From Nanobdellota archaeon (GTDB taxonomy: Archaea > Nanobdellota > Nanobdellia > Woesearchaeales > GW2011-AR4): a stretch of DNA of 64,000 nucleotides. The stretch covers positions 394 to 64,393 of the forward strand of contig JADFLA010000002.1 in the NCBI GenBank assembly GCA_022564635.1, read 5' to 3'. Position 1 is the stretch's first letter. Every line of letters starts with the position of its first letter. Under the pieces are notes generated by a model that was given only the letters and a program-made list of their open reading frames with translations, had not been told where the DNA came from and searched no databases. A program made the position numbers and the translations under genes. Positions 29,571 through 37,540 of the stretch are shown here, piece by piece.

Positions 29571-30680
29571 ATGCAAATGGATATTGGAGAATTAGTATTA
29601 AATCAAACTGAAGATGGTAGTACGGTAACTTTTGATATAGAAGAATCAAAAATTCAATTAGAACCTTGGGTAAAAGAAATATTAATAACAGCAGCAAATC
29701 CATATTATCAAGAAGAATTTGTTCCCCATGTCATGAATACTTTCAGTATTGATGGATATAAATATGGCAAATTTATAAAACCTATTAGAAGAAAGTTAAA
29801 TGTTTCAGATACAAATCCCATGTTTGCTGCATTATGTATTGCCTTAAAAAATGATCTAGTGTCCACTGAAGAAATTCTAGATGGAAAGAATATGGAAGAG
29901 GAGTTACTCAGGTTTAAAGTACGTATACGAAGATTAACTAGAACAGATAAAGGCATCATGGCTGAAATTTATAATTACGCAATAGAGCATCATGGCGTTG
30001 CATATGGAGAAATTTCAGAAATTTCGCAATATGGCTATGGATTTAGAGGTTCTAAAAACTTAGGCATCAGTAATCATGCACAATTAGCTTTTTTTGCACA
30101 TATTTATACGCATCTTATGCATAATCAAGTTGAGGAACAATTAACTGGACACCAATTAGATGCGCTAGAGGCATTGGTTGTTAAGACTGACAGAAAGGGA
30201 GTTTATAACTTTAACCCAAAAAGAGTATCAGAAAGTGTGACTTACTATCCTTCGAATCTTGTTCGTCGGGATTTTGGTGTCCAAACTTCAATGGACGCAG
30301 TACTTAAAGCTCTTGATTTGGGTTTTTATACCCTACTTTTAGAGGTGGACATTCCGGCTTTTCTTGCTTTGAATCATACTGACATGGATTTTTTAAAAAT
30401 TACTCAGGATGACTCGGTTGCTCTTCGCAGAAATAGTCAGAGAAGACAACGCATTTACAAAGGACTAGGTATACACACCAGAACTCAACTAGCTCCATAT
30501 ATTTTTTTAGTCACAAAATTGGATGAGCATGAGATGGATTCGTTAAGAAGTGCACATGCATCTCCAGATCAAGACCCTATGCAAATAATCTATGAAAAAT
30601 TTAAAATGCCAGAACATTCAGCTTTACTAGCACCTAACAAATATTTTGCTGCAAAACGTGAGATGGCAGCAAAAAATTAG
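29571..30680 (+). CDS. orphan protein (369 aa from internal ATG)
   Basis: TATA-like atatatttttaaata ~25 nt upstream of ATG 29571 (MQMDIGEL); HTH-like snippets (KNLGISNHAQLAFF, GLGIHTRTQLAPYI); no family recognised. Confidence 0.5.
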   Translation: MQMDIGELVLNQTEDGSTVTFDIEESKIQLEPWVKEILITAANPYYQEEFVPHVMNTFSIDGYKYGKFIKPIRRKLNVSDTNPMFAALCIALKNDLVSTEEILDGKNMEEELLRFKVRIRRLTRTDKGIMAEIYNYAIEHHGVAYGEISEISQYGYGFRGSKNLGISNHAQLAFFAHIYTHLMHNQVEEQLTGHQLDALEALVVKTDRKGVYNFNPKRVSESVTYYPSNLVRRDFGVQTSMDAVLKALDLGFYTLLLEVDIPAFLALNHTDMDFLKITQDDSVALRRNSQRRQRIYKGLGIHTRTQLAPYIFLVTKLDEHEMDSLRSAHASPDQDPMQIIYEKFKMPEHSALLAPNKYFAAKREMAAKN

Positions 30681-30755
30681 TATCATTAAGAAACGAGATA
30701 ATATATATTATTCATTTCCCAAATCTTTTTATATCTTTGATATAATAATAACTTA

Positions 30756-31619
30756 ATGGTTGACATAATCCCAAAAAACCTAATTATAATATTTTTAATA
30801 ATTATTGTTTTCATAATAATATTCTCTTTCTTAATTTTCCTAATGTCAATAAAACCAGGAAAATGGCCTATTGAATTTACTCCAGAAAGCTTTAACCTAA
30901 AATATGAGGATGTTGATTTTGAAACTTCTGACGGATTAAAGCTAAAAGGATGGTTTTTACCTAGCGATAAAAGCAACAACACCATAATTGTAATGCATGG
31001 CTACCCAACAAACAAAGCTGATGTTTTACCATTCTCAATGTTCTTATTAAAAAAATTCAATGTTTTTCTGTTTGATTTCAGAAGCTTTGGAGAAAGCGAA
31101 GGAAGCTATACAACTGCTGGTTATAAAGAAGTTAATGATTTAGATGCAGCAGTTAAATATCTAAAAAGCAGAAAAGACGTAAAAAATATAGGTGCTTTAG
31201 GTTTTTCCTTAGGAGGTTCTGTTGCGATAATGAATAAAAATAATGATATTAAAGCAATTGTTACTGACAGTGCTTATTCAAATCTTAACAATATGATAGA
31301 AGTAATGTACAAAAATTTTTATTTTTTAAAATATCCATTTGTTCAACTAACTAGAATTTATAGTAAAATATTTTTTAATGTAGATACTAAAGACGTAAGT
31401 CCAGCAAATTCAATAAAAAATATCAATAAACCTATTTTAATAATACATGGAAAAAAAGACAGCCAAATACCAGTTAATGAAGCGCATATATTGCACAATG
31501 CAAATAAAAATACAAAGCTTTGGATTGTAGAAAACGCAGACCATGGAACAACTTATGCCTTGAATAAAGAAGAATATGAAAATAGAGTTTTGGAGTTTTT
31601 TGAAGAGAATTTAAAATAA
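30756..31619 (+). CDS. membrane-anchored alpha/beta hydrolase
   Basis: N-terminal TM, nucleophile elbow GFSLGGS, late D and H (ENADHG). Confidence 0.75.
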   Translation: MVDIIPKNLIIIFLIIIVFIIIFSFLIFLMSIKPGKWPIEFTPESFNLKYEDVDFETSDGLKLKGWFLPSDKSNNTIIVMHGYPTNKADVLPFSMFLLKKFNVFLFDFRSFGESEGSYTTAGYKEVNDLDAAVKYLKSRKDVKNIGALGFSLGGSVAIMNKNNDIKAIVTDSAYSNLNNMIEVMYKNFYFLKYPFVQLTRIYSKIFFNVDTKDVSPANSIKNINKPILIIHGKKDSQIPVNEAHILHNANKNTKLWIVENADHGTTYALNKEEYENRVLEFFEENLK

Positions 31620-31848
31620 AAACAATAATGAAAAATTCAATTAAGTTCAGAAACAATTAAACAATTATTAGTTAAGATTAAAATTAATTTACAACTAATA
31701 TATAAAACGCAACAAATAATTAAAAATAATAATTTGGTGTTTTGCTTTAACAAAATCTTTATTGCAAAACACAACTTAAAATTGGTTGTGAACAAAAAGA
31801 GATAAGATAAAAATTTCCTTAAAAAATACTTAAAGAAATTTTTCAAAG

Positions 31849-31883
31849 CCAACGAAGTTGGTGCCGAAAATCAAAGATTTTCG
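31849..31883. repeat. pair of short hairpins of the dispersed GRAAATC family
   Basis: CCAAC-gaa-GTTGG followed by CGAAAATC-aaa-GATTTTCG in a 375-bp AT-rich spacer. Confidence 0.5.
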
Positions 31884-31995
31884 AGCATATTAATAATAGT
31901 CTTCATTGTAATAACGATATTAAGCTGAAAATAAAATAATGAGTTAACAAGTAATTGTGTATCCTGGGATATTAAAAAATTAAATTATTGTTGAA

Positions 31996-32268
31996 ATGAC
32001 TAGAAGAGAACAAATAATTGAAATTCTAACAAAAGGAGAAAAATCGGCACAACAGCTTGCAAACGATTTCAAAGTTGAATTATTTGAAATTCTAGAAGAT
32101 TTAAAGCATATTGGGTATTCAATAAAACCAAAAAAACTATTACAAAGACCTGCACAATGCAAAAAATGCAGTTTTAAATTTAAAGAAAGAAGCAAAATCA
32201 AAAAACCAAGCAAATGCCCCAAATGCAGATCAGAGTGGATAATGGCTTCTTTGTTTAGGGTTGAATGA
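31996..32268 (+). CDS. HTH domain fused to a Zn-ribbon (small transcription regulator)
   Basis: N-terminal wHTH-like EKSAQQLANDFKVELFEILEDLKHI, C-terminal CKKC...CPKC. Confidence 0.6.
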   Translation: MTRREQIIEILTKGEKSAQQLANDFKVELFEILEDLKHIGYSIKPKKLLQRPAQCKKCSFKFKERSKIKKPSKCPKCRSEWIMASLFRVE

Positions 32269-32300
32269 TAAGTTCAATACTTTTTGCGAAGCTGAGAAGT

Positions 32301-32317
32301 GATTATGAGGTTTGATA
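32301..32317. repeat. left arm of a 17-bp perfect inverted repeat
   Basis: gattatgaggtttgata; exact reverse complement at 33442-33458. Confidence 0.6.
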
Positions 32318-32343
32318 GTAGAAATTAAGGCATTATGCGTACC

Positions 32344-33258
32344 TTATATTTTAGAAAGTTGCTTATTACTAGGAGTATATTGAAGTGCAGGTAATTGTTC
32401 TAATGAAGTATTAGCAACTGCTAAACATGCTTGTGACTCTTGGTATACATCCGGAAAATTTTTTTCAAAGATATTAAGTAATAAATCTCTTTGTTCTGGA
32501 TTTCCTCCTGCACCTTGTATCATTTGGTCTGCACTTTCTGGTGTATAAAATTGAAACAACATAAATCTACTTTTTGAAGCTCCCTGATTTCTTCCCATAC
32601 TTGGTAAAAATATTCCAACCTCATTGATGTATAGAGGTTCACTAGCTTCGGTGTTCACAATTTCATCTGAATAAGCGGGTACATTTTCAGTATCATATTT
32701 TCTATTTACTCTTGTAATAACCTTCTTTGTCATACGCTTTTTGGTTAACCTTCCAAAAAAATTTCTAACTTCACCAGTATACTGTTGATCTCTTGTAACT
32801 GGTTCAGCAACTCCTGTTTGAATATACCACTGTGCTGGTTGATGAGAATTAACCAATAATACCAAGTCTTTAACTAAATCTAATCCTGATTCACTACGTA
32901 TTTGTCTCAGTAAAGATGGATCCATCCCATCATAGGAGCCTGCAAATACATTTAGTAAACCTTCATGTACGAGTACAGTATGTTTATAAGTTCCAGTGAA
33001 CTTCCTTATTAATTCTGGTGTTGAGGTAATACCCGGCCTTGGTATACTTGTCAATGGAACACCTTCATGAAAAACAAAAGGTCCAGCCTGCCATCCTCCA
33101 AAATACATATCTTGGTTTTTGATTTCATCCCTAATATTGGTCGTTCCATTTGCCCTGTGTCCGCGTCCATAGTTCAATTTTTTATCAAAAATTTCAGTGT
33201 GAAACATAACTCTAGAACCTGTTCCTTTCATTATTTGATCTAAATTTTTAGTTGTCAT
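32344..33258 (-). CDS. orphan protein (304 aa)
   Basis: Intact ORF with balanced composition; leaderless geometry (TATA ~25 nt upstream); no motif recognised. Confidence 0.6.
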   Translation of the reverse strand: MTTKNLDQIMKGTGSRVMFHTEIFDKKLNYGRGHRANGTTNIRDEIKNQDMYFGGWQAGPFVFHEGVPLTSIPRPGITSTPELIRKFTGTYKHTVLVHEGLLNVFAGSYDGMDPSLLRQIRSESGLDLVKDLVLLVNSHQPAQWYIQTGVAEPVTRDQQYTGEVRNFFGRLTKKRMTKKVITRVNRKYDTENVPAYSDEIVNTEASEPLYINEVGIFLPSMGRNQGASKSRFMLFQFYTPESADQMIQGAGGNPEQRDLLLNIFEKNFPDVYQESQACLAVANTSLEQLPALQYTPSNKQLSKI

Positions 33259-33283
33259 AGCTAAATATTATTATTTAGCTACT

Positions 33284-33300
33284 ATTTAAATCTTTCTATT
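33284..33300 (-). promoter_or_regulatory. BRE/TATA promoter (AATAGAAAGATTTAAATA)
   Basis: Minus-strand aatagaaagatttaaata ending ~25 nt before ATG 33258. Confidence 0.55.
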
Positions 33301-33441
33301 TTGTAACTATAATTAAGTGGTGAATAAACCTGAGTTTAAGGGTGTGTGGTGGGGATAATGATGGTGGGGTGGTATTATTATTTTTATTCTAATGAAACAA
33401 AATTTAATGAAAAATTGTAATATTCCGTATTGTAATGGATA

Positions 33442-33458
33442 TATCAAACCTCATAATC
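33442..33458. repeat. right arm of the 17-bp perfect inverted repeat
   Basis: tatcaaacctcataatc is the reverse complement of 32301-32317. Confidence 0.6.
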
Positions 33459-33470
33459 TATCAGTCTATT

Positions 33471-33544
33471 CGTTCTGAAAAGAACGTTCTATTAATAGTG
33501 GTAGGGCAAAACGTCATCTAATGGGAAATTAGACGATTTTTGCC
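33471..33544. repeat. two stable hairpins (GAAA and GGGAA loops)
   Basis: CGTTCT-gaaa-AGAACG; then GGCAAAACGT..CTAAT-gggaa-ATTAG..ACGATTTTTGCC (~16 bp). Confidence 0.5.
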
Positions 33545-33588
33545 ATTATTCAATAAAATATATAAACCCATCAAAACCTCAAATTCTT

Positions 33589-34257
33589 ATGATAAAAGCA
33601 GTTTTATTTGATTTAGACAACACATTAATTGATTTTATGAAAATGAAAAGGCTTAGCTGCGAGGCTGCCATAGATGCTATGATAGGCGCTGGATTACATA
33701 TCGAGCATGATAAAGCCATAAAAGTGCTTTTTGGGCTTTATGACAAATATGGATTAGAAGAGAAAACAATCTTTCAGAAGTTTCTTACTAAAATCACGGG
33801 GAAAGTTGACCACAAAATATTGGCAAATGGCATTGTAGCATACAGGAGAGTTAGAACAGGCTTTTTAGAGCCATATCCTAATATTGATTATGTTTTATTG
33901 AAATTGAAGGACAAGGGAATTAAACTAGGCATTGTGACAGATGCTCCAAAGCTCAAGGCCTGGATAAGGCTTGCTTCCATTAAATTAAGCAATTATTTTG
34001 ATGTTGTTGTTACTTTTGAGGACACCAAACAGCGAAAACCATCTAAATTACCTTTCAAGGCCGCATTAAAGCAATTAAGGCTGAAACCATCAGATTGCCT
34101 AATGGTAGGCGACTGGCCAGAAAGAGACATCAATGGTGCAAAAGCTTTAGGTATGAAAACATGCTTTGCTAGGTATGGCAATCCTAAAATAAAAAAATCT
34201 TATGCTGACTATGAAATTTCTAATATAAAGATGCTTCTTGAAATTGTTGGAAAATAG
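33589..34257 (+). CDS. HAD-superfamily phosphatase
   Basis: Motif I LFDLDNTLIDF, K..KP motif, late GDWPERDI. Confidence 0.75.
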   Translation: MIKAVLFDLDNTLIDFMKMKRLSCEAAIDAMIGAGLHIEHDKAIKVLFGLYDKYGLEEKTIFQKFLTKITGKVDHKILANGIVAYRRVRTGFLEPYPNIDYVLLKLKDKGIKLGIVTDAPKLKAWIRLASIKLSNYFDVVVTFEDTKQRKPSKLPFKAALKQLRLKPSDCLMVGDWPERDINGAKALGMKTCFARYGNPKIKKSYADYEISNIKMLLEIVGK

Positions 34258-34359
34258 AAATAAAGCCGATATAATGAATAAATTTAACCAAACATTTATA
34301 TATAATTATACATATTTCCCATAAATTGCTTATATAAATAACCTTGAGGTGGTTTTAAA

Positions 34360-34521
34360 ATGGTAGAAGCAAAAACGGTAGAAGGAAGATGTATGAAGTG
34401 TAAAAAGCAGGTTAAAATTAAAGACGGTAAAGAAATTGTTATGAAGAACAAGATGAAAGCTATGAAGGGCGAATGTCCTAAATGCGGAACAAAAGTCTTC
34501 AGGATTCTAGGTAAGGCTTAA
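34360..34521 (+). CDS. small Zn-ribbon protein (53 aa)
   Basis: Not in the track; GAGGTGG SD 7 nt upstream; MVEAKTVEGRCMKCKKQVKIKDGKEIVMKNKMKAMKGECPKCGTKVFRILGKA with two CxxC pairs. Confidence 0.6.
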   Translation: MVEAKTVEGRCMKCKKQVKIKDGKEIVMKNKMKAMKGECPKCGTKVFRILGKA

Positions 34522-34528
34522 ATTAATC

Positions 34529-34575
34529 TTTTTTCTTCTTTTTTTTGATTGTTCATAAAGTTTATCTTTATGAAC
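34529..34575 (+). terminator. oligo-T tract plus 10-bp hairpin after the Zn-ribbon gene
   Basis: ttttttcttctttttttt followed by GTTCATAAAG-tttat-CTTTATGAAC. Confidence 0.4.
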
Positions 34576-34791
34576 ATAAGAAATTTTTTCAAAAATTTCT
34601 CGCTTTTTATATAAATTCTTTAAATTTTATATAGGTTAAATATAAATATATAGAAAATACCCCATATCAAATAGTGGGGTTAAACATAATACTCTAAAAC
34701 TGATTTATATATCAAAGCCTAAAGCTAAGATATAAAAACATAAAAATCTCTTTTTATGCTATATGGAATTTGAAAAATCTTCATGACACGC

Positions 34792-34835
34792 GAAAATCGA
34801 AAGATTTTCTGTGCCCTGGAAATCTACGATTTCCA
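34792..34835. repeat. two tandem hairpins of the GRAAATC family
   Basis: GAAAATC-gaaa-GATTTTC, tgtgccc, TGGAAATC-tac-GATTTCCA. Confidence 0.5.
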
Positions 34836-35001
34836 TGGAATCAGAATAAAAGTGTTATAAACCCCGCTATACCTTTTCTTTGCATTATTAATTACATTTT
34901 CATTTATAAATAATAATTCTACCCATATTCATAACTGTATAGATTAGCACTCACTATTCACATTATTCTGCTACTTTATTCACCACTTTATTGTGATAAA
35001 A

Positions 35002-35020
35002 ACCGAAAGATTTAAATATA
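35002..35020 (+). promoter_or_regulatory. BRE/TATA promoter (ACCGAAAGATTTAAATATA)
   Basis: Consensus motif; the first ATG beyond the expected TSS is 35052. Confidence 0.55.
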
Positions 35021-35051
35021 AACTATGCTTCATTGTATAAATATAATTAAA

Positions 35052-35945
35052 ATGGCTATTGACAATTCATTAGGGCGTGAGGATAATAGGGATGTTCCTC
35101 TAAATTCTATCGAAGATTTATTTAGGTTTTATTCTAATAAGGGGGAAGTGCAGAAAATTAGACAGTTGCAACAAGATACTGGTATACAACCACCTGAAGA
35201 TGCTGTACAGCAACTATATGGGTTTCTTTTAGAAAAAGTACAAGCAAACATCTCTCCACACGCAAATACCACTAACTTGGATAATATTGAGAGACTTTTT
35301 GAAGAAACAGGTGTTCAAGCTCACGTAAATGAAGAATCTGTCCAAAGAGCTTACGAAAAAATTATAAGTACATCTTACGGTCCAAATGGCGTTGATACAT
35401 TATTAAGAATAACAGGGGTTAAACCTTCTGAAGAGATGGTCCAGAATGCTTATGTTCATCTTTTGGAAGGTCACCACATAGAAAGATTTGTATCTTTAGC
35501 GAGAGCAACGGGAATTAAATTACCAGAAGATTATGCAAGAGAAATATTTTTAAATCTTATGAACAGTCATTCAGACAAACTTGGCTCCGTTATTGAAGTA
35601 TCTGGAGTTAAACTATCGGAAAATGATGTGTCAGATCAATATTTTCAATATGCAAGCATTGGAAGATTAGACAGTGCTAAAAGATTAAGAGAAGCTACGG
35701 GTATGACACCACCTGAAGATGAATTTAGAAGGAGAGTTAATGATTATTTAACTAGAGCCCGTACAAATAGAAGAAAATTAGAGGATAATTCAGGGAAACT
35801 TGATAACAGAAATATATCTAAGGTACAAATAGGACGACTAGATCAAATTAAAAACTTCCATTCGGAACAATACGTGATTCCATCCCAACATATTCTCACG
35901 GAAGTTCAAAATTATATAAGCCAAAACATTTTTTATCAAAAATAG
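35052..35945 (+). CDS. orphan helical-repeat protein with six ~35-aa PPR-like repeats
   Basis: Repeated ..TG(I/V)xP(P/S)E(D/E)xVQxxY.. units (DTGIQPPEDAVQQLY, ETGVQAHVNEESVQRAY, ITGVKPSEEMVQNAY, ATGIKLPEDYAREIF, VSGVKLSENDVSDQYF, ATGMTPPEDEFRRRV); start moved to ATG 35052. Confidence 0.6.
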   Translation: MAIDNSLGREDNRDVPLNSIEDLFRFYSNKGEVQKIRQLQQDTGIQPPEDAVQQLYGFLLEKVQANISPHANTTNLDNIERLFEETGVQAHVNEESVQRAYEKIISTSYGPNGVDTLLRITGVKPSEEMVQNAYVHLLEGHHIERFVSLARATGIKLPEDYAREIFLNLMNSHSDKLGSVIEVSGVKLSENDVSDQYFQYASIGRLDSAKRLREATGMTPPEDEFRRRVNDYLTRARTNRRKLEDNSGKLDNRNISKVQIGRLDQIKNFHSEQYVIPSQHILTEVQNYISQNIFYQK

Positions 35946-36079
35946 TGATAACCCCGTCATTCTTCTTAAAAAATCAGTTGTAAGAGAAAATAATTTAATC
36001 TAATAGTTCTCATAATGAATTTAAAATTTACAATCAAAACCCTGTCTCTTCTTTGAGCTTTCGCATATATGTATAAACA

Positions 36080-36232
36080 TCATTTCAACCTCGGCACCAC
36101 CTTATAAGCAACAAAAGCTATTACTATCACTATAATCCAAAACCAGAATTGATTTATGATTCCAGAAGCAAGCAGAATCAGATTTAATACCAAAACTATA
36201 ATCAAAATGATTGATATTTGTTTAATATTCAT
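36080..36232 (-). CDS. possible small two-TM membrane protein (50 aa)
   Basis: Not in the track; MNIKQISIILIIVLVLNLILLASGIINQFWFWIIVIVIAFVAYKVVPRLK; hydrophobicity pattern only. Confidence 0.3.
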   Translation of the reverse strand: MNIKQISIILIIVLVLNLILLASGIINQFWFWIIVIVIAFVAYKVVPRLK

Positions 36233-36519
36233 TCTGATATAAGAGTATTCCCTATACTTCTACGGGCCCATATTTTATCAATCTTTTCTTAATTCTCATA
36301 AATAACAAGTTGTTCTTTATCTCAATCTGCTTGTGAGTATAATATTTGTTTGTAAAGGTAACTATGTCAATCTTCTCAGATCTAGAATTAATATTTGCCA
36401 CCCCCACGCTACTATTTTTATGGTATTGCTGGTATATATAGTTATGGATTTTCCGTATATATAATATGTATACTATTATATTAAACCACGACTAAAATTA
36501 TTTAATTTATAAACTAGTT

Positions 36520-36876
36520 TTACTTCTTATGTTTTACTTTCAAATGATGCAAATATTCATAAATAAAAGCAATTATATTGGCAAATATATACACCATTAT
36601 TACAGAAACTATTGCAGTGGAAAGAAGTAAATTTTCTGTTAAAATTAAGAGGTTTTTAATTAATCCTGTATTGCTAAAAATCAATACAATTGCTGTCAAA
36701 AACAAAGACACAAGGTAATATTTATGATTGTCTTTGTCTTTTAAATCTCTACTTATTAAAAAATACAAAGCAATGAGTATTATTAAGTTCAAAATTAATG
36801 AAGTGTAACTTATGAATGTAAATATTACAAATACTGCAAATAGTATCAATATTACCAAAACAAAAATATCTATCAT
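36520..36876 (-). CDS. small multi-TM membrane protein
   Basis: Start moved to ATG 36876 because the track's N-terminal extension overlaps tRNA-Leu; four hydrophobic segments. Confidence 0.5.
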   Translation of the reverse strand: MIDIFVLVILILFAVFVIFTFISYTSLILNLIILIALYFLISRDLKDKDNHKYYLVSLFLTAIVLIFSNTGLIKNLLILTENLLLSTAIVSVIMVYIFANIIAFIYEYLHHLKVKHKK

Positions 36877-36888
36877 TTTTAAAATAAA

Positions 36889-37023
36889 TGCGGGAGACAG
36901 GATTCGAATGCAGACTGTCAAGCAATGCTTAACAATTACCTGCGTAAGCACTAAGCTAACAGGTGTCTCATAATACTCTAATTAGCCTAAGCCTGTCCCG
37001 TTTGGCCACTCCGGCACTCCCGC
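36889..37023 (-). tRNA. tRNA-Leu(TAG), class II, with a canonical 37/38 intron and a second insertion at the T stem/loop junction
   Basis: GCGGGAG/CTCCCGC acceptor; ACAGG-CTTAGG[21 nt]A-CCTGT anticodon arm; GCAGG[30 nt]TTCGAAT-CCTGT T arm; 135 nt total, ~84 nt after removal. Confidence 0.8.
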
Positions 37024-37060
37024 ATAATACAAACAAGAACTAGTTCATTTAAAAATATTC

Positions 37061-37225
37061 TTATTTCTTTTGCCAATTATAGCTTCTTAATCTAGCACTT
37101 TTACCATAACCACAAGAACTGCACTTGTGTTTTCTAATGTGGTATGTGCGAAGTCCGCAGCGACGACAATGTATCATATTCTTCTTTCCAGACTTCTTGC
37201 CCATAGATGCAGTTCCTTTAGACAT
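37061..37225 (-). CDS. rpl37e: ribosomal protein eL37
   Basis: Not in the track; MSKGTASMGKKSGKKNMIHCRRCGLRTYHIRKHKCSSCGYGKSARLRSYNWQKK with the C4 zinc motif; downstream of LSm as in many archaea. Confidence 0.85.
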   Translation of the reverse strand: MSKGTASMGKKSGKKNMIHCRRCGLRTYHIRKHKCSSCGYGKSARLRSYNWQKK

Positions 37226-37248
37226 TTAATAAACACCTAGAAATTAAT

Positions 37249-37476
37249 TTATTCTGGAGAAATAACAGTTATCGTGTCTCCTCTTATAAACACTACTCCT
37301 AGCTTTCTTTTTACCTCATTATCAATATGCTCTTCAGCATCCTCTAGCACTACATTTATATGTATGTCAAATGATTTTAACTTACCAATATATGTCTTAT
37401 TATTCTTGAGTTCAACAATTACCCTTTTGTCTCTTGCTTTATTAAGAGCATCTAAAGGTCTAGAAGGTTCTGCCAT
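37249..37476 (-). CDS. Sm-like (LSm/SmAP) RNA-binding protein
   Basis: PLDALNKARDKRVIVELKNNKTYIGKLKSFDIHINVVLEDAEE...VFIRGDTITVISP: Sm1/Sm2 motifs. Confidence 0.85.
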   Translation of the reverse strand: MAEPSRPLDALNKARDKRVIVELKNNKTYIGKLKSFDIHINVVLEDAEEHIDNEVKRKLGVVFIRGDTITVISPE

Positions 37477-37540
37477 TTAATACACCCCGTACATAATAAC
37501 AGAGTTTTGGTATTTGTATTTAAATGTTTGTGTTATTGTG

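Noticed and set aside
31474-31852. Two overlapping 60-71-aa minus-strand ORFs in the spacer after the alpha/beta hydrolase
   Set aside because: They lie in AT-rich spacer with F/L/I/K-rich nonsense-like translations. They overlap the hydrolase 3' end and have no promoter or SD.
32283-32300. TGCGAAGCTGAGAAGTG resembling the 3' part of the tRNA-Lys insertion (TGCGAAGCAGAAAAGAGTG)
   Set aside because: The match is 8 nt exact plus scattered identities. It is suggestive given its position next to the 17-bp inverted repeat, but I could not extend it.
36262-36274. GGGCCCATA match to the tRNA-Lys terminus (27710-27718), a possible att-site remnant
   Set aside because: The match is only 9 nt, with no adjacent integrase or further tRNA-like sequence. 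It is too short to separate from chance.
36877-36951. N-terminal 25 codons of the 143-aa membrane-protein ORF
   Set aside because: This stretch overlaps the 3' half of tRNA-Leu on the same strand. An in-frame ATG at 36876 follows directly after the tRNA.
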